Of a DNA stretch of 64,000 nucleotides, positions 44,472-55,204 are shown in pieces. The stretch is from Candidatus Wolfebacteria bacterium (GTDB lineage Bacteria > Patescibacteriota > Minisyncoccia > UBA6257 > UBA9933): contig JACPIO010000017.1 in assembly GCA_016188075.1 (NCBI GenBank), positions 23,406 through 87,405 on the forward strand, read 5' to 3'. The notes under the pieces are model-generated. The model was not told the DNA's origin. It was given only the letters and a program-made list of their open reading frames with translations, and searched no databases. Position 1 is the first letter of the stretch, and each line of letters opens with the position of its first letter. The position numbers and the translations under genes are program-made.

Positions 44472-46079
44472 ATGCTCCAGACATTTCAGAAAGCGACCGA
44501 GCAGGCACTTGCGGCAATCCGCGAAGAGATGACCGTTCGAAAAACCACAGAGGTGTTTCTGCTTTTTACTATGGGCAGCCAGTTTGATCATCTGATCAAG
44601 ATGGCGCTCGAGAGGCTCGGAGTGTATTGTCTAGTGGCTGACCCAGCAAAGACGACCGTGGATGACGTTCGTATACTCTGGCCAACCGGGATTGTAATTT
44701 CCGGTGGTCCAGCCTCTGTCCACAGCGAACCACCACCGTTTGATTACCTCATTTTCGACCTTGGCATTCCAGTACTCGGAATCTGTCTTGGTTACCAGAT
44801 GTGGGCGAAACACATCGGCGTCGAGGTGAAGGCGGCGGACAAACGAGAATTTGGGCCGCACGATCTCGTCGTGACGAGCCCTGACTACACCCTATTCTAC
44901 GGATGTCCTCGTCGCATGAAAGTCCTCGAGAGTCACGGCGATCGGGTGGAGCCCTGTCCGCATTTCGAAATTACCGCTTCGACGGATAACGCGTTAGCGG
45001 CGGCCGCGCGGCATAACCATCTACACGGTCTGCAGTTTCACCCGGAATGCACGGAAACCGAGTACGGACCGCAGATCTTCGAGAATTTTTGTTTTCGAAT
45101 CTGCGGTGCTCGGGATCGTTACCCGGCCCAAGATGTCGCCCAGCAAAAGATAGCGCATCTCCGGGAGCAAACCCGAGACAAACGAGTGCTTTTGGCCCTC
45201 TCGGGCGGGTCGGATTCGTCGACCGTTGCCTATCTTTTGAAAGAGGCGATGCGGGACAATGGCGGAAAACTCCGCGGCGTCTATATCAAGGGTATTGACC
45301 GGCCAGATGACGAAGCTCACGCTAGGCAATACTTCGGCCACGAAGATTGGCTGGAGTTTCGAGTTGTAGACGAAACCGAAGCGTTCCTTGCGGCAGTCAA
45401 AGGCAAAACCTCGATGAGCGATAAGCGGTTAGCAATGAAGTTCGGGGTTTACCAAAGGGTTCTGGAGCGCGAAATCCAGGAGTACGCCGCCTCGCTCGTG
45501 GCGCAGGGCACGCTTTATACAGACAATAGCGAGAGCGGCCTTGGCTACACGGGTGGAGCCAGGAAGGCGGTGATCAAGCATCACCACAATACCGGCCTTC
45601 AATTCTCGGTGCCAGAACTCACGCCGCTTGACGACTGCGTGAAGGATAGCGGACGGAACATTGGCCGGTCGATCGGCGTGCCGGAAGCGTTACTCACCCG
45701 CCACCCGTTTCCGGGGCCAGGCCTCTTGCTCCGCGTTGAAGGAGAAGTAACCGCCGAGAAACTCGCGATGGCTCACTGGATCGACGACATCTACATTTCC
45801 GAACTCCGGAAGTGGAATCTCTACGATTCGGTTTGGCAAGCCGGAGCAGTGGTTACCGTCTCCACCCACACGGTCAGCATGGGAGATGATGCTGGCAGTC
45901 ACGCGGTCGTATGTCTTTGGGCAGTCTGGAGCGTAAACGGCTTTACTGCCCGATGGGCGGAACTGCCGGTTGATTTCCAACGGCATGTTTCCCGCCGAAT
46001 CACCAACGAAGTGAAAGGAGCGGGAGCGGTTACGTACCGCATCTCCGACAAGCCGCCGACCACGATTGAGTCGGGGTAA
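44472..46079 (+). CDS. guaA: GMP synthase (glutamine-hydrolysing), divergent
   Basis: GSQF, ISGGPASV, VLGICLG, QFHPE, ALSGGSDS, AQGTLY, RHPFPGPGL, DKPPTTIE. Confidence 0.93.
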   Translation: MLQTFQKATEQALAAIREEMTVRKTTEVFLLFTMGSQFDHLIKMALERLGVYCLVADPAKTTVDDVRILWPTGIVISGGPASVHSEPPPFDYLIFDLGIPVLGICLGYQMWAKHIGVEVKAADKREFGPHDLVVTSPDYTLFYGCPRRMKVLESHGDRVEPCPHFEITASTDNALAAAARHNHLHGLQFHPECTETEYGPQIFENFCFRICGARDRYPAQDVAQQKIAHLREQTRDKRVLLALSGGSDSSTVAYLLKEAMRDNGGKLRGVYIKGIDRPDDEAHARQYFGHEDWLEFRVVDETEAFLAAVKGKTSMSDKRLAMKFGVYQRVLEREIQEYAASLVAQGTLYTDNSESGLGYTGGARKAVIKHHHNTGLQFSVPELTPLDDCVKDSGRNIGRSIGVPEALLTRHPFPGPGLLLRVEGEVTAEKLAMAHWIDDIYISELRKWNLYDSVWQAGAVVTVSTHTVSMGDDAGSHAVVCLWAVWSVNGFTARWAELPVDFQRHVSRRITNEVKGAGAVTYRISDKPPTTIESG

Positions 46080-46107
46080 GAACGGCGCTCGAGTAGCAGA
46101 ACGCATC

Positions 46108-46144
46108 AGGGCTCGACTAAGACTCTATATCTCGGTCGAGCCCT
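46108..46144. terminator. Hairpin between the convergent guaA and HAD genes
   Basis: AGGGCTCGAC...GTCGAGCCCT followed by a T-rich tract. Confidence 0.6.
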
Positions 46145-46202
46145 TCCATTTTTATTTAATAGAATAACGGCCTTCCTCTCAAAGTTTATCTTAAGATAAA
46201 CT

Positions 46203-46826
46203 TTATTGTCCAAAAAATTGACTAACTTTTTCAATCAATTCTTCGGGTTTATTAGCCAACGCTATTGGGTTGCCGCGGCTTAAGGTTTCTTTATCGTGAA
46301 AACCCCAGGCAACGGCAATACTTTCTACTCCGGCTTTTTCGGCTTCGCGGAGATCACCCAAGGTATCGGTTATAGAAAGGCAGTCCTCCGGCCCGACGCC
46401 GTATTTTTCGAAAATCATTTTTATTTTTTCGACCTTGCTTCGATGGATATCATTGCCCATAATTTCCGTAAAATATTGAGCGGCGTTGCGATTCTCTAAA
46501 TACTTCCGAATCGGGCTGGAGATACTTGAAGAAACAACCATTAGGATATAATTCTCGGCTAAATTTTTTATACATTCCAATATCCCTCTGAATATCGGAC
46601 TTTTCATAAGCGCGGGAACGTATCTATCGAAAAAATATTTCTCATCTTCGTCGGTCAAAGGCCGACCATTCGCTTCAGCCCAACTCTCATTAATATTGCC
46701 CTCAAAACGCCTTTTCATTTCCTCGCGAGTAAGCGATGGCTCAAACGATCTATTTACCTCATAGGCGCCCTCAAAAGAATCCACAATGACGCCGTCGAAA
46801 TCGAATAAGATAATTTGGCGATTCAT
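46203..46826 (-). CDS. HAD-family hydrolase
   Basis: ILFDFDGVIVDS, ITDTLGDL, IAVAWGFH. Confidence 0.92.
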   Translation of the reverse strand: MNRQIILFDFDGVIVDSFEGAYEVNRSFEPSLTREEMKRRFEGNINESWAEANGRPLTDEDEKYFFDRYVPALMKSPIFRGILECIKNLAENYILMVVSSSISSPIRKYLENRNAAQYFTEIMGNDIHRSKVEKIKMIFEKYGVGPEDCLSITDTLGDLREAEKAGVESIAVAWGFHDKETLSRGNPIALANKPEELIEKVSQFFGQ

Positions 46827-46830
46827 AGCT

Positions 46831-47382
46831 TTACGACGTGCTTTCTTTAGAATTATTTAGGAGATTGTAAAATTTTTCTTTGAGTTTGTCGAGCTTGGGA
46901 CTAATGACAACTTGGCAATAAGGAGCGTTAGAATTTTTTTGATAATAATTCCGATGATAATTTTCCGCTTCGTAAAATTTTTCCAAAGGCTTTAATTCGG
47001 TTACCACGCGCTTGCCTGGTTGACTTAATTCTTCGATGAATTGTTTTGCTTCTTTTTCTTGCTCGGGAGTTGTATAAAAAATGATAGAACGATATTGCGT
47101 GCCCACATCGTTGCCTTGACGATTTAAAGTGGTCGGATCATGCGTGGCGAAAAAAACCGTTAAAAGATCCTGATAAAAAATTTGAATAGGATCGTATTCG
47201 AGTTTAATTACTTCGGCATGGCCAGTCTTACCACTCAATACTTCTTCATAGATGGGGTTAGTTTTTCCGCCGCCGGCATATCCGGGCACAACCGAAACCA
47301 CGCCCTTCAAGCCTTTGAAAACCGCTTCGGTGCACCAAAAGCAGCCGCCGCCAAAAACCGCGATTTCATTTTTTTCTGCCAT
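46831..47382 (-). CDS. msrA: Peptide-methionine (S)-S-oxide reductase
   Basis: GGGCFWCTE, HDPTTLNRQGNDVGTQYRS, AENYH. Confidence 0.97.
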   Translation of the reverse strand: MAEKNEIAVFGGGCFWCTEAVFKGLKGVVSVVPGYAGGGKTNPIYEEVLSGKTGHAEVIKLEYDPIQIFYQDLLTVFFATHDPTTLNRQGNDVGTQYRSIIFYTTPEQEKEAKQFIEELSQPGKRVVTELKPLEKFYEAENYHRNYYQKNSNAPYCQVVISPKLDKLKEKFYNLLNNSKESTS

Positions 47383-47386
47383 AAGA

Positions 47387-49913
47387 TTATTTTCGGCGGT
47401 TCATCAACTTCTCCAGCTCGTAAACCATCTCGGTGGTTTTTATAATCGCGTCCGGGTTCAAAGACATTGATTCGATTCCTTCTTCAATCAAAAACTTGGC
47501 GAATTCCGGAAAAGTCGAGGGCGCGTCGCCGCAGATACCGACATACTTTTTGGCTTTACGGCATTTACGGATTACTTCGGCAATAAGTTTTTTTACTGAT
47601 TCGTCGCGTTCGTCGGCAATTCCTTTAATTTGGCCGCCGGCGTCGCGGTCAATGCCAACCGCAAGTTGGGTTAAATCATTCGAACCAATACTCATTCCGT
47701 CAAAAATTTTCAAAAACTCGTCGGCTAAAATGACGTTCGAGGGAATCTCGGCCATCACGTAGACTTTCAACGCAGACTCACGCTGACTTTTTTCCGCGTA
47801 GTTCCGCGTTAGTTTCCGCGTAGTTCCGCGAAAAAGTCCTTGCTTTGCCATAATGGCAAGGACTTTTTGTCCTTCCTCGGCTGTTCGGCAAAAGGGAATC
47901 ATCACCGCGATATTATCCAATCCCATTTCCTCGCGGACTTTTTTAATAGCCTTAATCTCTAAAATAAAGGCCGGCGCGAAATCCGGATGGTAATAGCGGG
48001 AGGCGCCGCGCCAGCCAATCATCGGATTCTCTTCTTGCGGTTCGTAGAGCTCGCCGCCGATTAAAGTGCGATATTCGTTAGTTTTAAAATCGGAGAATCG
48101 GACAATCACCTCTTTGGGATAAAAAGCCGCCCCGATTTTTGCGATACCATAAGCGAGTTTGTCAATATAAAATTGGGTTTTATCATTGTAGCCGATAGTC
48201 CGCTTTTCAATCTCTTTTATGATTTGTTTTAGATATTTAGTATTTTTGAATTTAGAATTTATTTGAAACTTGGAAATTGGAAATTGGAAATTCCTCTTCT
48301 TGATTTTTTCAAAATCAAGAATGAGGTTCGGATGTATTCCGATTTCCGAAGCGATAATAAACTCTTCCCGAGCCAATCCCACTCCATCGTTTGGCAAAAA
48401 CGATTTTTCAAAGGCTGTGTCCGGGGTCGCGATATTCATCGTGATTTTTGTTTTGGGCCGAGGGATTTTTTTGATATTGTGCTCGACTATTTTGAATTTC
48501 AGTACGCCGGAATAAACCAGGCCATCGCTCCCGGAACAGTCCACTGTAATCATCTCGCCGGTTTTAATTTTCCGCGTGGCGTTTTCCGTCCCCACAACAC
48601 AGGGAATTCCCAGATTGATGAATATTTTTCGTGTCTAAGATCACGCGGGCAAGGCCTGTCGCGATTTTACTCCCAACCGACGCGCCTTTGACGAGTAATT
48701 TCGGATTTCGGATTGCGGATTGCGGATTTTCTAACTTATATTCTTTTACTTTTGAATAATCGCGTTCCGCGTGAATTGTTTCCGGTCGGGCTTGGACAAT
48801 AAAAAGCTTCCCGGTTTTTCCGTCTTTGGCCCATTCCAAATCCATGGGCGTCCATTTTTTATGCCTTTTAGTATAATGTTCTTCAATTAAAACCGCCCAG
48901 CGAGCCAATTTTAGAATTTCTCCATCGTTTAAAATAAAATTTTCTTTTTCTTTTTGGGAGGTTGATACGATTTTTGTGTTTTTGATGGTTCGACGCGGCT
49001 CACCACTGGTGGTTCGACGCCGCCGACCACCAGTGCCGCTGGCTTCTCCATAAATCATCTTTCGATTTTTTACCCCCAATCTTTTATCGATAATCGGCAC
49101 AAGCGCGGACTGACGCTGACTTGACGCGGACTGACGCGAAATATCTCTGCGTAGGTCTGCGTGTAGTCCGCGTTGTTCTGCGAGTTTTGGTTTAAAAACT
49201 AAAAATTCGTCCGGCGTTACTTCGCCCTGAACAATCATTTCGCCCAAGCCCCACGAACCGTTAATGATAATTAAATCTTTGAACCCGGACTCGGTGTCAA
49301 GAGTGAATATCACGCCGGATGAACCTAAATCCGAACGCACCATTTTTTGAACGCCAACAGATAGAGCAACCTTAAAATGATCGAATCCTTTGTCGACGCG
49401 GTAAGAGATCGCCCGATCGGTAAAAAGCGAAGCCATGGCGGAGCGAACCGCGAGCAAAATTTCTTGCGAGCCCCGAATGTTTAAATACGTTTCGTGCTCC
49501 CCGGCAAAAGAAGCTCCGGGCAAATCCTCGGCCGTAGCAGAAGAGCGGACAGCCGTATCGGTATTTTTGCCGTACTTTTTTTCCATTTCGGCGCAGGCTT
49601 GCGCGATGTCTTTCTCGAGATCTTTGGGAAAATTTTTGGAACGAATTTCCTCGCGGATGAGCTTGGCGCGTTTTTCCAAATCATGAAGATTTTTTGTGTC
49701 CAATCCCTTTAAGGCAGTTTTAATAAATTTTTTTAGGCCGGTTTTGTCAAGAAAATAGCGGTAAGCAGTCGCGGTTACGACAAATCCGCCGGGGATATTA
49801 ATGCCCTTTAATTCCAGCTTTTGAATCATCTCGCCCAAAGAGGCATTTTTTCCGCCGACTTCCGGAACGTCTTTAATGGAGACCGCAGAAAGATTTTTAA
49901 TAAAAGGCTTCAT
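47387..49913 (-). pseudogene. ppsA: Phosphoenolpyruvate synthase, split by an internal deletion/frameshift near 48614
   Basis: N-half VGGKNASLGEM, AVRSSATAED; C-half GVGLAREEF, SIGSNDLTQ, GICG; the phospho-His segment is absent. Confidence 0.85.
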
Positions 49914-50003
49914 GGAGGCGTAATACCAATCTACGAATGCGCACGAATGATACGAATAGCTGCGAATTGATTCGTGACATTCGTATTAATTCGTAGATTC
50001 GTA

Positions 50004-51323
50004 TTATATCTTTAATACTACCATCAAATCCGCCACGTTGAAACTTTTCGGTTCGACAAAAAGCAAATCTCCGGTTTTTTCGAAAAAATGGAATGAATCG
50101 TGGTTATCCAGAAATTCTCCCTTGTCGAGATTTAAATTTCGCGCGGCCTCGATTGTTTTCGCGTCCGCGATGGCGCCGGCGGCCTCCGTCGCGTCGTGGC
50201 CATCGCTCGCGAAGGACATCATCACCGCGCCATCTTTTATGCCGGATTCGAAACTGCAGATTGCCCCTAAAACCGCCTCCATATTTCTTCCGCCTTTACC
50301 TAATTTGTGATTTTTGATAGTTACCGTTGTTTCTCCGGCAGCCAAAAAAACTTGATTCGATTTTATATTCCGCAGCATAGGCTCGAATATATCTTTTGCT
50401 TCGCCCTCTAGGGCCAGCGAGTAAATCTTACTTAAAAAGCCCAGTTTCTCCGCTTCCGCAAGCATGGCCATGACCGCGTCCTGGTTACAGACAAAAAGCA
50501 TGTTGGTTGTTTTTTTAAAAAGCGCTTTTTCTTTGGGCGTTTCAATCAAATGAAAATCCGCCGGATTCAAATTGTATTTTTTCAAAATTGTTTCCGCGTC
50601 AGCTTTTGTGGTTTCGTCAAAAACAGTGGGGCCGGACGCGATTATTCCCAAGTGATTGCCGCAGACGTCGGAAACAATCAGAGAAACGATTGTTGCTCTC
50701 GAAGCCATCTTTACTAACCCGCCGCCCTTCAAGATAGAAAGGTGTTTCCGTACCGTATTTAATTCTTCGATATTAGCTCCGGCTTTTGTCAGTTCTTTGG
50801 TAATTAAACTGGAATCTTTCAACTCTTCTTCGGAAACGCAGGTTAAGGAAGATCCGCCGCCTCCCACAAAAACAAGCAATAAATCTTCCTTAGTTAAAGA
50901 CTGGGCCAGCTTGATAATTTCTTTGGTCGCGACGATATTAGGCTCCGAAGGCAAGGGATGGGTACCTTTTAAAATTTCTAATTTCAAATTTCTGATTTCA
51001 AATTGCGGATTGCCAATATCAAGAGCGATGCCTTTTTCCAGTCGCTCGCCTAAAATATTAGCAATGGCATTGGAAGCCAAAGACGATCCCTTACCGATGC
51101 CGACCAGAAAGACCTTTTGAAATTTTGCCAAATCGATTTTAAATCCGCGATCAAAAAATAATCCCCTTGAACCAAAGTGTTTTATGACAAGCCGGTCTTT
51201 TTTCAAACTGACTTTTCGTAAAATTGCCGACTCAATCTCAATGGCCCGATAACCGGCTTCGGCGATTTTCAGGGCTTTTTCCCGTAAAGGCGTTTTCGCT
51301 AAATCTTTAAAATTGGTAATCAT
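50004..51323 (-). CDS. Glycerate kinase type-2 (DUF4147/MOFRL)
   Basis: GTHPLP, GGGGSSL, ELNTVRKHLS..KGG, IASGPT, GETTV, GKGGRN; ATG at 51323. Confidence 0.9.
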   Translation of the reverse strand: MITNFKDLAKTPLREKALKIAEAGYRAIEIESAILRKVSLKKDRLVIKHFGSRGLFFDRGFKIDLAKFQKVFLVGIGKGSSLASNAIANILGERLEKGIALDIGNPQFEIRNLKLEILKGTHPLPSEPNIVATKEIIKLAQSLTKEDLLLVFVGGGGSSLTCVSEEELKDSSLITKELTKAGANIEELNTVRKHLSILKGGGLVKMASRATIVSLIVSDVCGNHLGIIASGPTVFDETTKADAETILKKYNLNPADFHLIETPKEKALFKKTTNMLFVCNQDAVMAMLAEAEKLGFLSKIYSLALEGEAKDIFEPMLRNIKSNQVFLAAGETTVTIKNHKLGKGGRNMEAVLGAICSFESGIKDGAVMMSFASDGHDATEAAGAIADAKTIEAARNLNLDKGEFLDNHDSFHFFEKTGDLLFVEPKSFNVADLMVVLKI

Positions 51324-51333
51324 CCCCAAAAAT

Positions 51334-52101
51334 TTATTTTTTAAATAAAAGCGCTGCGCCGATAGCCGAAGAAGCTTCACCCAAGCGGCCCTCAAGGATG
51401 GGTATCCGCTTTAGGGGCGGGAGAACGCGTCTTGCCGCAGCCTGCCGAACCATGTTGATTTTAACGCCCTTGCTTGCGACTCCGCCGCCGCCCAAAACCA
51501 CCGCCTCCGGATCAAAAGCGTTTATTAAATTAGCCGCGGCAATCCCGATTATTTTACTCCGATCGCCTATTTTCAAAAAAGTCGATTTGGCGCCCAGGTC
51601 CTCCAATGTTTTACCCCCGTCAATTATCATATTGCCGAATTCTCCGGCGGTATTGTTTTCTCCGGAATAAATTTTTCCATCAATCATTATTCCTCCGCCG
51701 ATTCCGGTTCCAATAGTCAAGCTGACCGCGTTTTTATATTTCCGCGCGGCGCCCCACGCCGCCTCTCCCCGAAGAAAACAGCGGCTGTCGTTATCCACCA
51801 AAACCGACTGACAAAATTTCTCAAAAAAATTTTTAATGTTCCAGCCTTTTAAAAACGGCAAAATTTTATCGTAAAGTAAAACGCCGCGTTTTGAATCCAC
51901 TGCGCCTCTTATTCCCACTCCGATGCCTTTAATTTTTTTGCCAGCCGTAACCGAGGCAACGAATTTCTCAAGAGTTTTTAAAAAGTCTTTTTTATTTTTC
52001 GGCGTCGGTAAGACGAAATACGCCGGCTTATGCCGCTTAAAATTACTCATTAAAACCGCTCCGATTTTTGTCCCTCCGATATCGATTCCGAGATAATACA
52101 T
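51334..52101 (-). CDS. ROK family sugar kinase
   Basis: GIDIGGTK, DNDS, TIGTGIGGGI, AGEFG. Confidence 0.92.
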   Translation of the reverse strand: MYYLGIDIGGTKIGAVLMSNFKRHKPAYFVLPTPKNKKDFLKTLEKFVASVTAGKKIKGIGVGIRGAVDSKRGVLLYDKILPFLKGWNIKNFFEKFCQSVLVDNDSRCFLRGEAAWGAARKYKNAVSLTIGTGIGGGIMIDGKIYSGENNTAGEFGNMIIDGGKTLEDLGAKSTFLKIGDRSKIIGIAAANLINAFDPEAVVLGGGGVASKGVKINMVRQAAARRVLPPLKRIPILEGRLGEASSAIGAALLFKK

Positions 52102-52118
52102 ACCAAAATTTTTAATTT

Positions 52119-53945
52119 TTAATTATTACTAATTACTTTTTTTGCCTCTTCCCAAATAAGCGGATCGTTGTGCTTTTCTTTCAAAAGATACCACCATTCG
52201 GCGCCCCAGAGATAGTAATCTTCAAAACCAGTCTGTTTGGCATATTCTATTGTATCCCGAAAATAATCCGGACTAAAGAGGGCAATTTGTTCCTCGTAAG
52301 TTAATTCCGGAATTTCCTTCGCGCCCCACGGCTCGGCCTGAAGCTCAATCACAATAAACTTCTTTTCGTCATCGCGAGTAAGCCATCGAACCGCTCTTTC
52401 TTTTAACGGAAAATATTTTGGATCGATATGGTAATCAATTGGTCCAAGAATCGGACCGATAAAGCGCGGGTAAGCTTTCCGGTACATTGTTGTTCCAAAA
52501 ACATCGCCGGCGGCCGCCGCCTTGTGCCACAATCCAAACTCGCCGCCGTCGGTTATAAGCACCGGCCGCGATCCATCGAGATTTTTTACTATTTTAACTT
52601 CTTCTTCCAAAAATTTTTCGCCGCGGGAAGGACACTTGCCAAACATTAAAAAGGGTTCGTTTTCCACTTGCCACATTTCTATTGCCGAATCGTTCTTGTA
52701 TTTATTAACAAGTATTTCTATGTAATCCCGCAGAGCGATTTCCCGATCTCCGGTTTTTAAATTTTTTGCCCATTCCGGGATATGACATTCCGGCCAGCGC
52801 GGCGCCTTCATGCCTAAAGTTAAAATAATCTTAATTCCTTTTCCCCGGGCTTGATTAAGCTGCCAATCTAAATCGGAAAAATCATAGCTGGTTCTGTTTT
52901 TTTCAATTTTATCCCAATAAGCGACCAATCGAATTTTTTTCGGCCTTAAGTCGTCGACGATGGCCGTAAAATTTTCCCGCCAATTCAAATTCAGCTGTTC
53001 GGAAAATTTTTGAGAAAAAGTAACGCCCCATCTTAAGGGTCGGTTGGGATCAATGGCAATGCCCCGACCGTATTCCACGGAACCGAGCATTATCAATCCC
53101 GCGGCAATAAAAATAAGAGCGACAATCTTGCCCAAAAGCGCCCGGCCTCGAAATCGCTCGCGGAGCAATAACCAGCCGGCGAAAAAAACCACAATGTATT
53201 TAAAACTTTGCGTGGCGTCAACCAGGGCCGGCTGGCTTAGAAACAAAGCGTAGGAAAAAAGCAAAGAACCTAATCCGGCGTAGGCGCGGTTCATAAAATA
53301 AAGAGAATTATTGGAGATTTCGGCTTTTCCGGTTTCGGCAAAAAATCTCTTTCGCAAACGAGGAATCAAAAGAAGAATTAACACAAAGGCGATGGCGCCA
53401 AGCTTCAACCAAATAAAACCATTGATAAAGGCCGTGTTCTCAAAAACAATCTTGGCTAAAACCAAATAAAAGCCAAGGCCAAGAGCGCTGCCGACCGCGT
53501 AGATTAAAAGCGATAAGCGCTTAACCTTCCGCTCGGCAAAAAAAAGAATCAAAGTGGCAATACCCAAAAAGACAAACCCGATTATCTGCCCTAAATCCAA
53601 GGAATATTCCAAGAATATCGAACTAAGCACCAAAGTAAAAATGGGAGATAACCCGCCGATGAACGGTATGGTTTCCGACGCCTCGGTCACGACTAATCCC
53701 GAATAAAGAAGAAAAATCGAAAGCATTAAAGCCGCCCCGGCCGCAAAACAGAGCAAAATTATTTTTAAAGGCAAAAGAGCAAAGCCAAAAGGGACAAGAA
53801 CCAAGGCAAACCCGCCCACGAGCCCGAGCCAGAAAGTATAAACCCAGGGATCAAAAAACTTTCGCCTTAAAAGAATTCTGTCAAAAACCGAAGAAGTGCC
53901 GGCGATAAACTGCGAACCAACGGCAAAGGTAAGCCAGTCAAACAT
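52119..53945 (-). CDS. Fusion of an EamA/DMT-like 10-TM domain and a clan-A glycoside-hydrolase-like domain
   Basis: About 290 hydrophobic aa, then WGVTFS, RLVAYW, G.KAPRWPECHIP, WQVENEP, ELQAEPW, LWGAEWW. Confidence 0.7.
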   Translation of the reverse strand: MFDWLTFAVGSQFIAGTSSVFDRILLRRKFFDPWVYTFWLGLVGGFALVLVPFGFALLPLKIILLCFAAGAALMLSIFLLYSGLVVTEASETIPFIGGLSPIFTLVLSSIFLEYSLDLGQIIGFVFLGIATLILFFAERKVKRLSLLIYAVGSALGLGFYLVLAKIVFENTAFINGFIWLKLGAIAFVLILLLIPRLRKRFFAETGKAEISNNSLYFMNRAYAGLGSLLFSYALFLSQPALVDATQSFKYIVVFFAGWLLLRERFRGRALLGKIVALIFIAAGLIMLGSVEYGRGIAIDPNRPLRWGVTFSQKFSEQLNLNWRENFTAIVDDLRPKKIRLVAYWDKIEKNRTSYDFSDLDWQLNQARGKGIKIILTLGMKAPRWPECHIPEWAKNLKTGDREIALRDYIEILVNKYKNDSAIEMWQVENEPFLMFGKCPSRGEKFLEEEVKIVKNLDGSRPVLITDGGEFGLWHKAAAAGDVFGTTMYRKAYPRFIGPILGPIDYHIDPKYFPLKERAVRWLTRDDEKKFIVIELQAEPWGAKEIPELTYEEQIALFSPDYFRDTIEYAKQTGFEDYYLWGAEWWYLLKEKHNDPLIWEEAKKVISNN

Positions 53946-55203
53946 TAAAATGATTTTCGATTATTTTTTTATATTCCCAGGCGCTCGGCCGGATTTTGCG
54001 CTCGAGAGTTCGATAATCAATTTCCACCAAGCCAAAGCGAGGCCAGAAACCATTGTCCCACTCGAAATTATCCGAAAGCGACCAGTGAAAATAGCCGCGG
54101 ACGGGAACGCCGCGCGCTAAAGCTCTCCCCGCGGCCTCAATGGTTTCCTTAATAAACCAAGCGCGATTTTTATCGCGCGCATCGGCCAAGCCGCTTTCCG
54201 TTATATAAATCGGCCTCTCGTAAACTTGGAGGTCCCGCAAAATGGATTCTATCCCTTCGGGATGAAGATCCCAGCCGACATCGGAGATAACTTCATTGGC
54301 GCTTCTCAATCCGTAACGGATGCGATGATGAAAGTAAAAGTTGAGTCCAATGGCGTCAATTTCGTTTTTTATTTTTTGGAGAAAACGATGATTCCAGAAA
54401 CGCTCAAATAATACTTTAAGAAAAGCGTTAACGGGGCCGCCGGACGATTTGAAATCCGAAAGGTTGCAAACGATGCCAATGGTAAACCTTGAACTGATTT
54501 TTTTCATCGCGCGGTAAGCCAACCGATGAGCCAAAATCAGAGAATTGAATCCGCGATAAAAATAAAAGAATCCATTTTTTTGAGGCGGCCGCCTCCCTCT
54601 ATAGTAAGCGTTTAAACAATAAATTTCCGGTTCGTTGATGGTAAACCAAAATTGAACATCGTTTTTAAAGGCGACGGCTAACCTTTCGGCGTAACGGACG
54701 AAATATCTTTGAAAATCTTCAGTCAATATTCCGCCCTTGTTTTCGAGCCACCGAGGCAAGGTCCAATGCCATAAAGTTACAAACGGCTCCATGTCCCGCT
54801 CGCGGAGCGCCCTAATTACTTCGCGATAATGCTCAATTTCTTTGCCGTTGAATTTTCCCTCTTCGGGCTCTATCCGCGACCACTCGATGGAAAAGCGATG
54901 GGCGTTGTGGCCCAATGATTGGGCAATATCAAAATCTTCTTTAAAGCGGTTGTAGTGGTCGCATGCTTGTCCGGAAATATAATTTTCAACTTGGAACGGA
55001 TTAGGGTGATTATTTAAAATATAATCCGGCCAGTGCTTTTTTTGCGCGCTTTGCGATAGGCGCTTTGCGTTTTGCCTTTCGAATAAAGTCCAATCATTTT
55101 GGTTGCCGCCCTCTACCTGGTGGGCTGACGTCGCCGCTCCCCAAAAAAATCCCGCCGGAAAAACAGATTTCCGGGCGCTTTTAGTGTTATCTTTAAATTC
55201 CAT
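53938..55203 (-). CDS. Glycoside hydrolase family 1
   Basis: FFWGAATSAHQVEG, RFSIEWSRIEP, TINEP, YITESG, DNFEW; ATG at 55203. Confidence 0.95.
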   Translation of the reverse strand: MEFKDNTKSARKSVFPAGFFWGAATSAHQVEGGNQNDWTLFERQNAKRLSQSAQKKHWPDYILNNHPNPFQVENYISGQACDHYNRFKEDFDIAQSLGHNAHRFSIEWSRIEPEEGKFNGKEIEHYREVIRALRERDMEPFVTLWHWTLPRWLENKGGILTEDFQRYFVRYAERLAVAFKNDVQFWFTINEPEIYCLNAYYRGRRPPQKNGFFYFYRGFNSLILAHRLAYRAMKKISSRFTIGIVCNLSDFKSSGGPVNAFLKVLFERFWNHRFLQKIKNEIDAIGLNFYFHHRIRYGLRSANEVISDVGWDLHPEGIESILRDLQVYERPIYITESGLADARDKNRAWFIKETIEAAGRALARGVPVRGYFHWSLSDNFEWDNGFWPRFGLVEIDYRTLERKIRPSAWEYKKIIENHFNV

Positions 55204-55204
55204 T

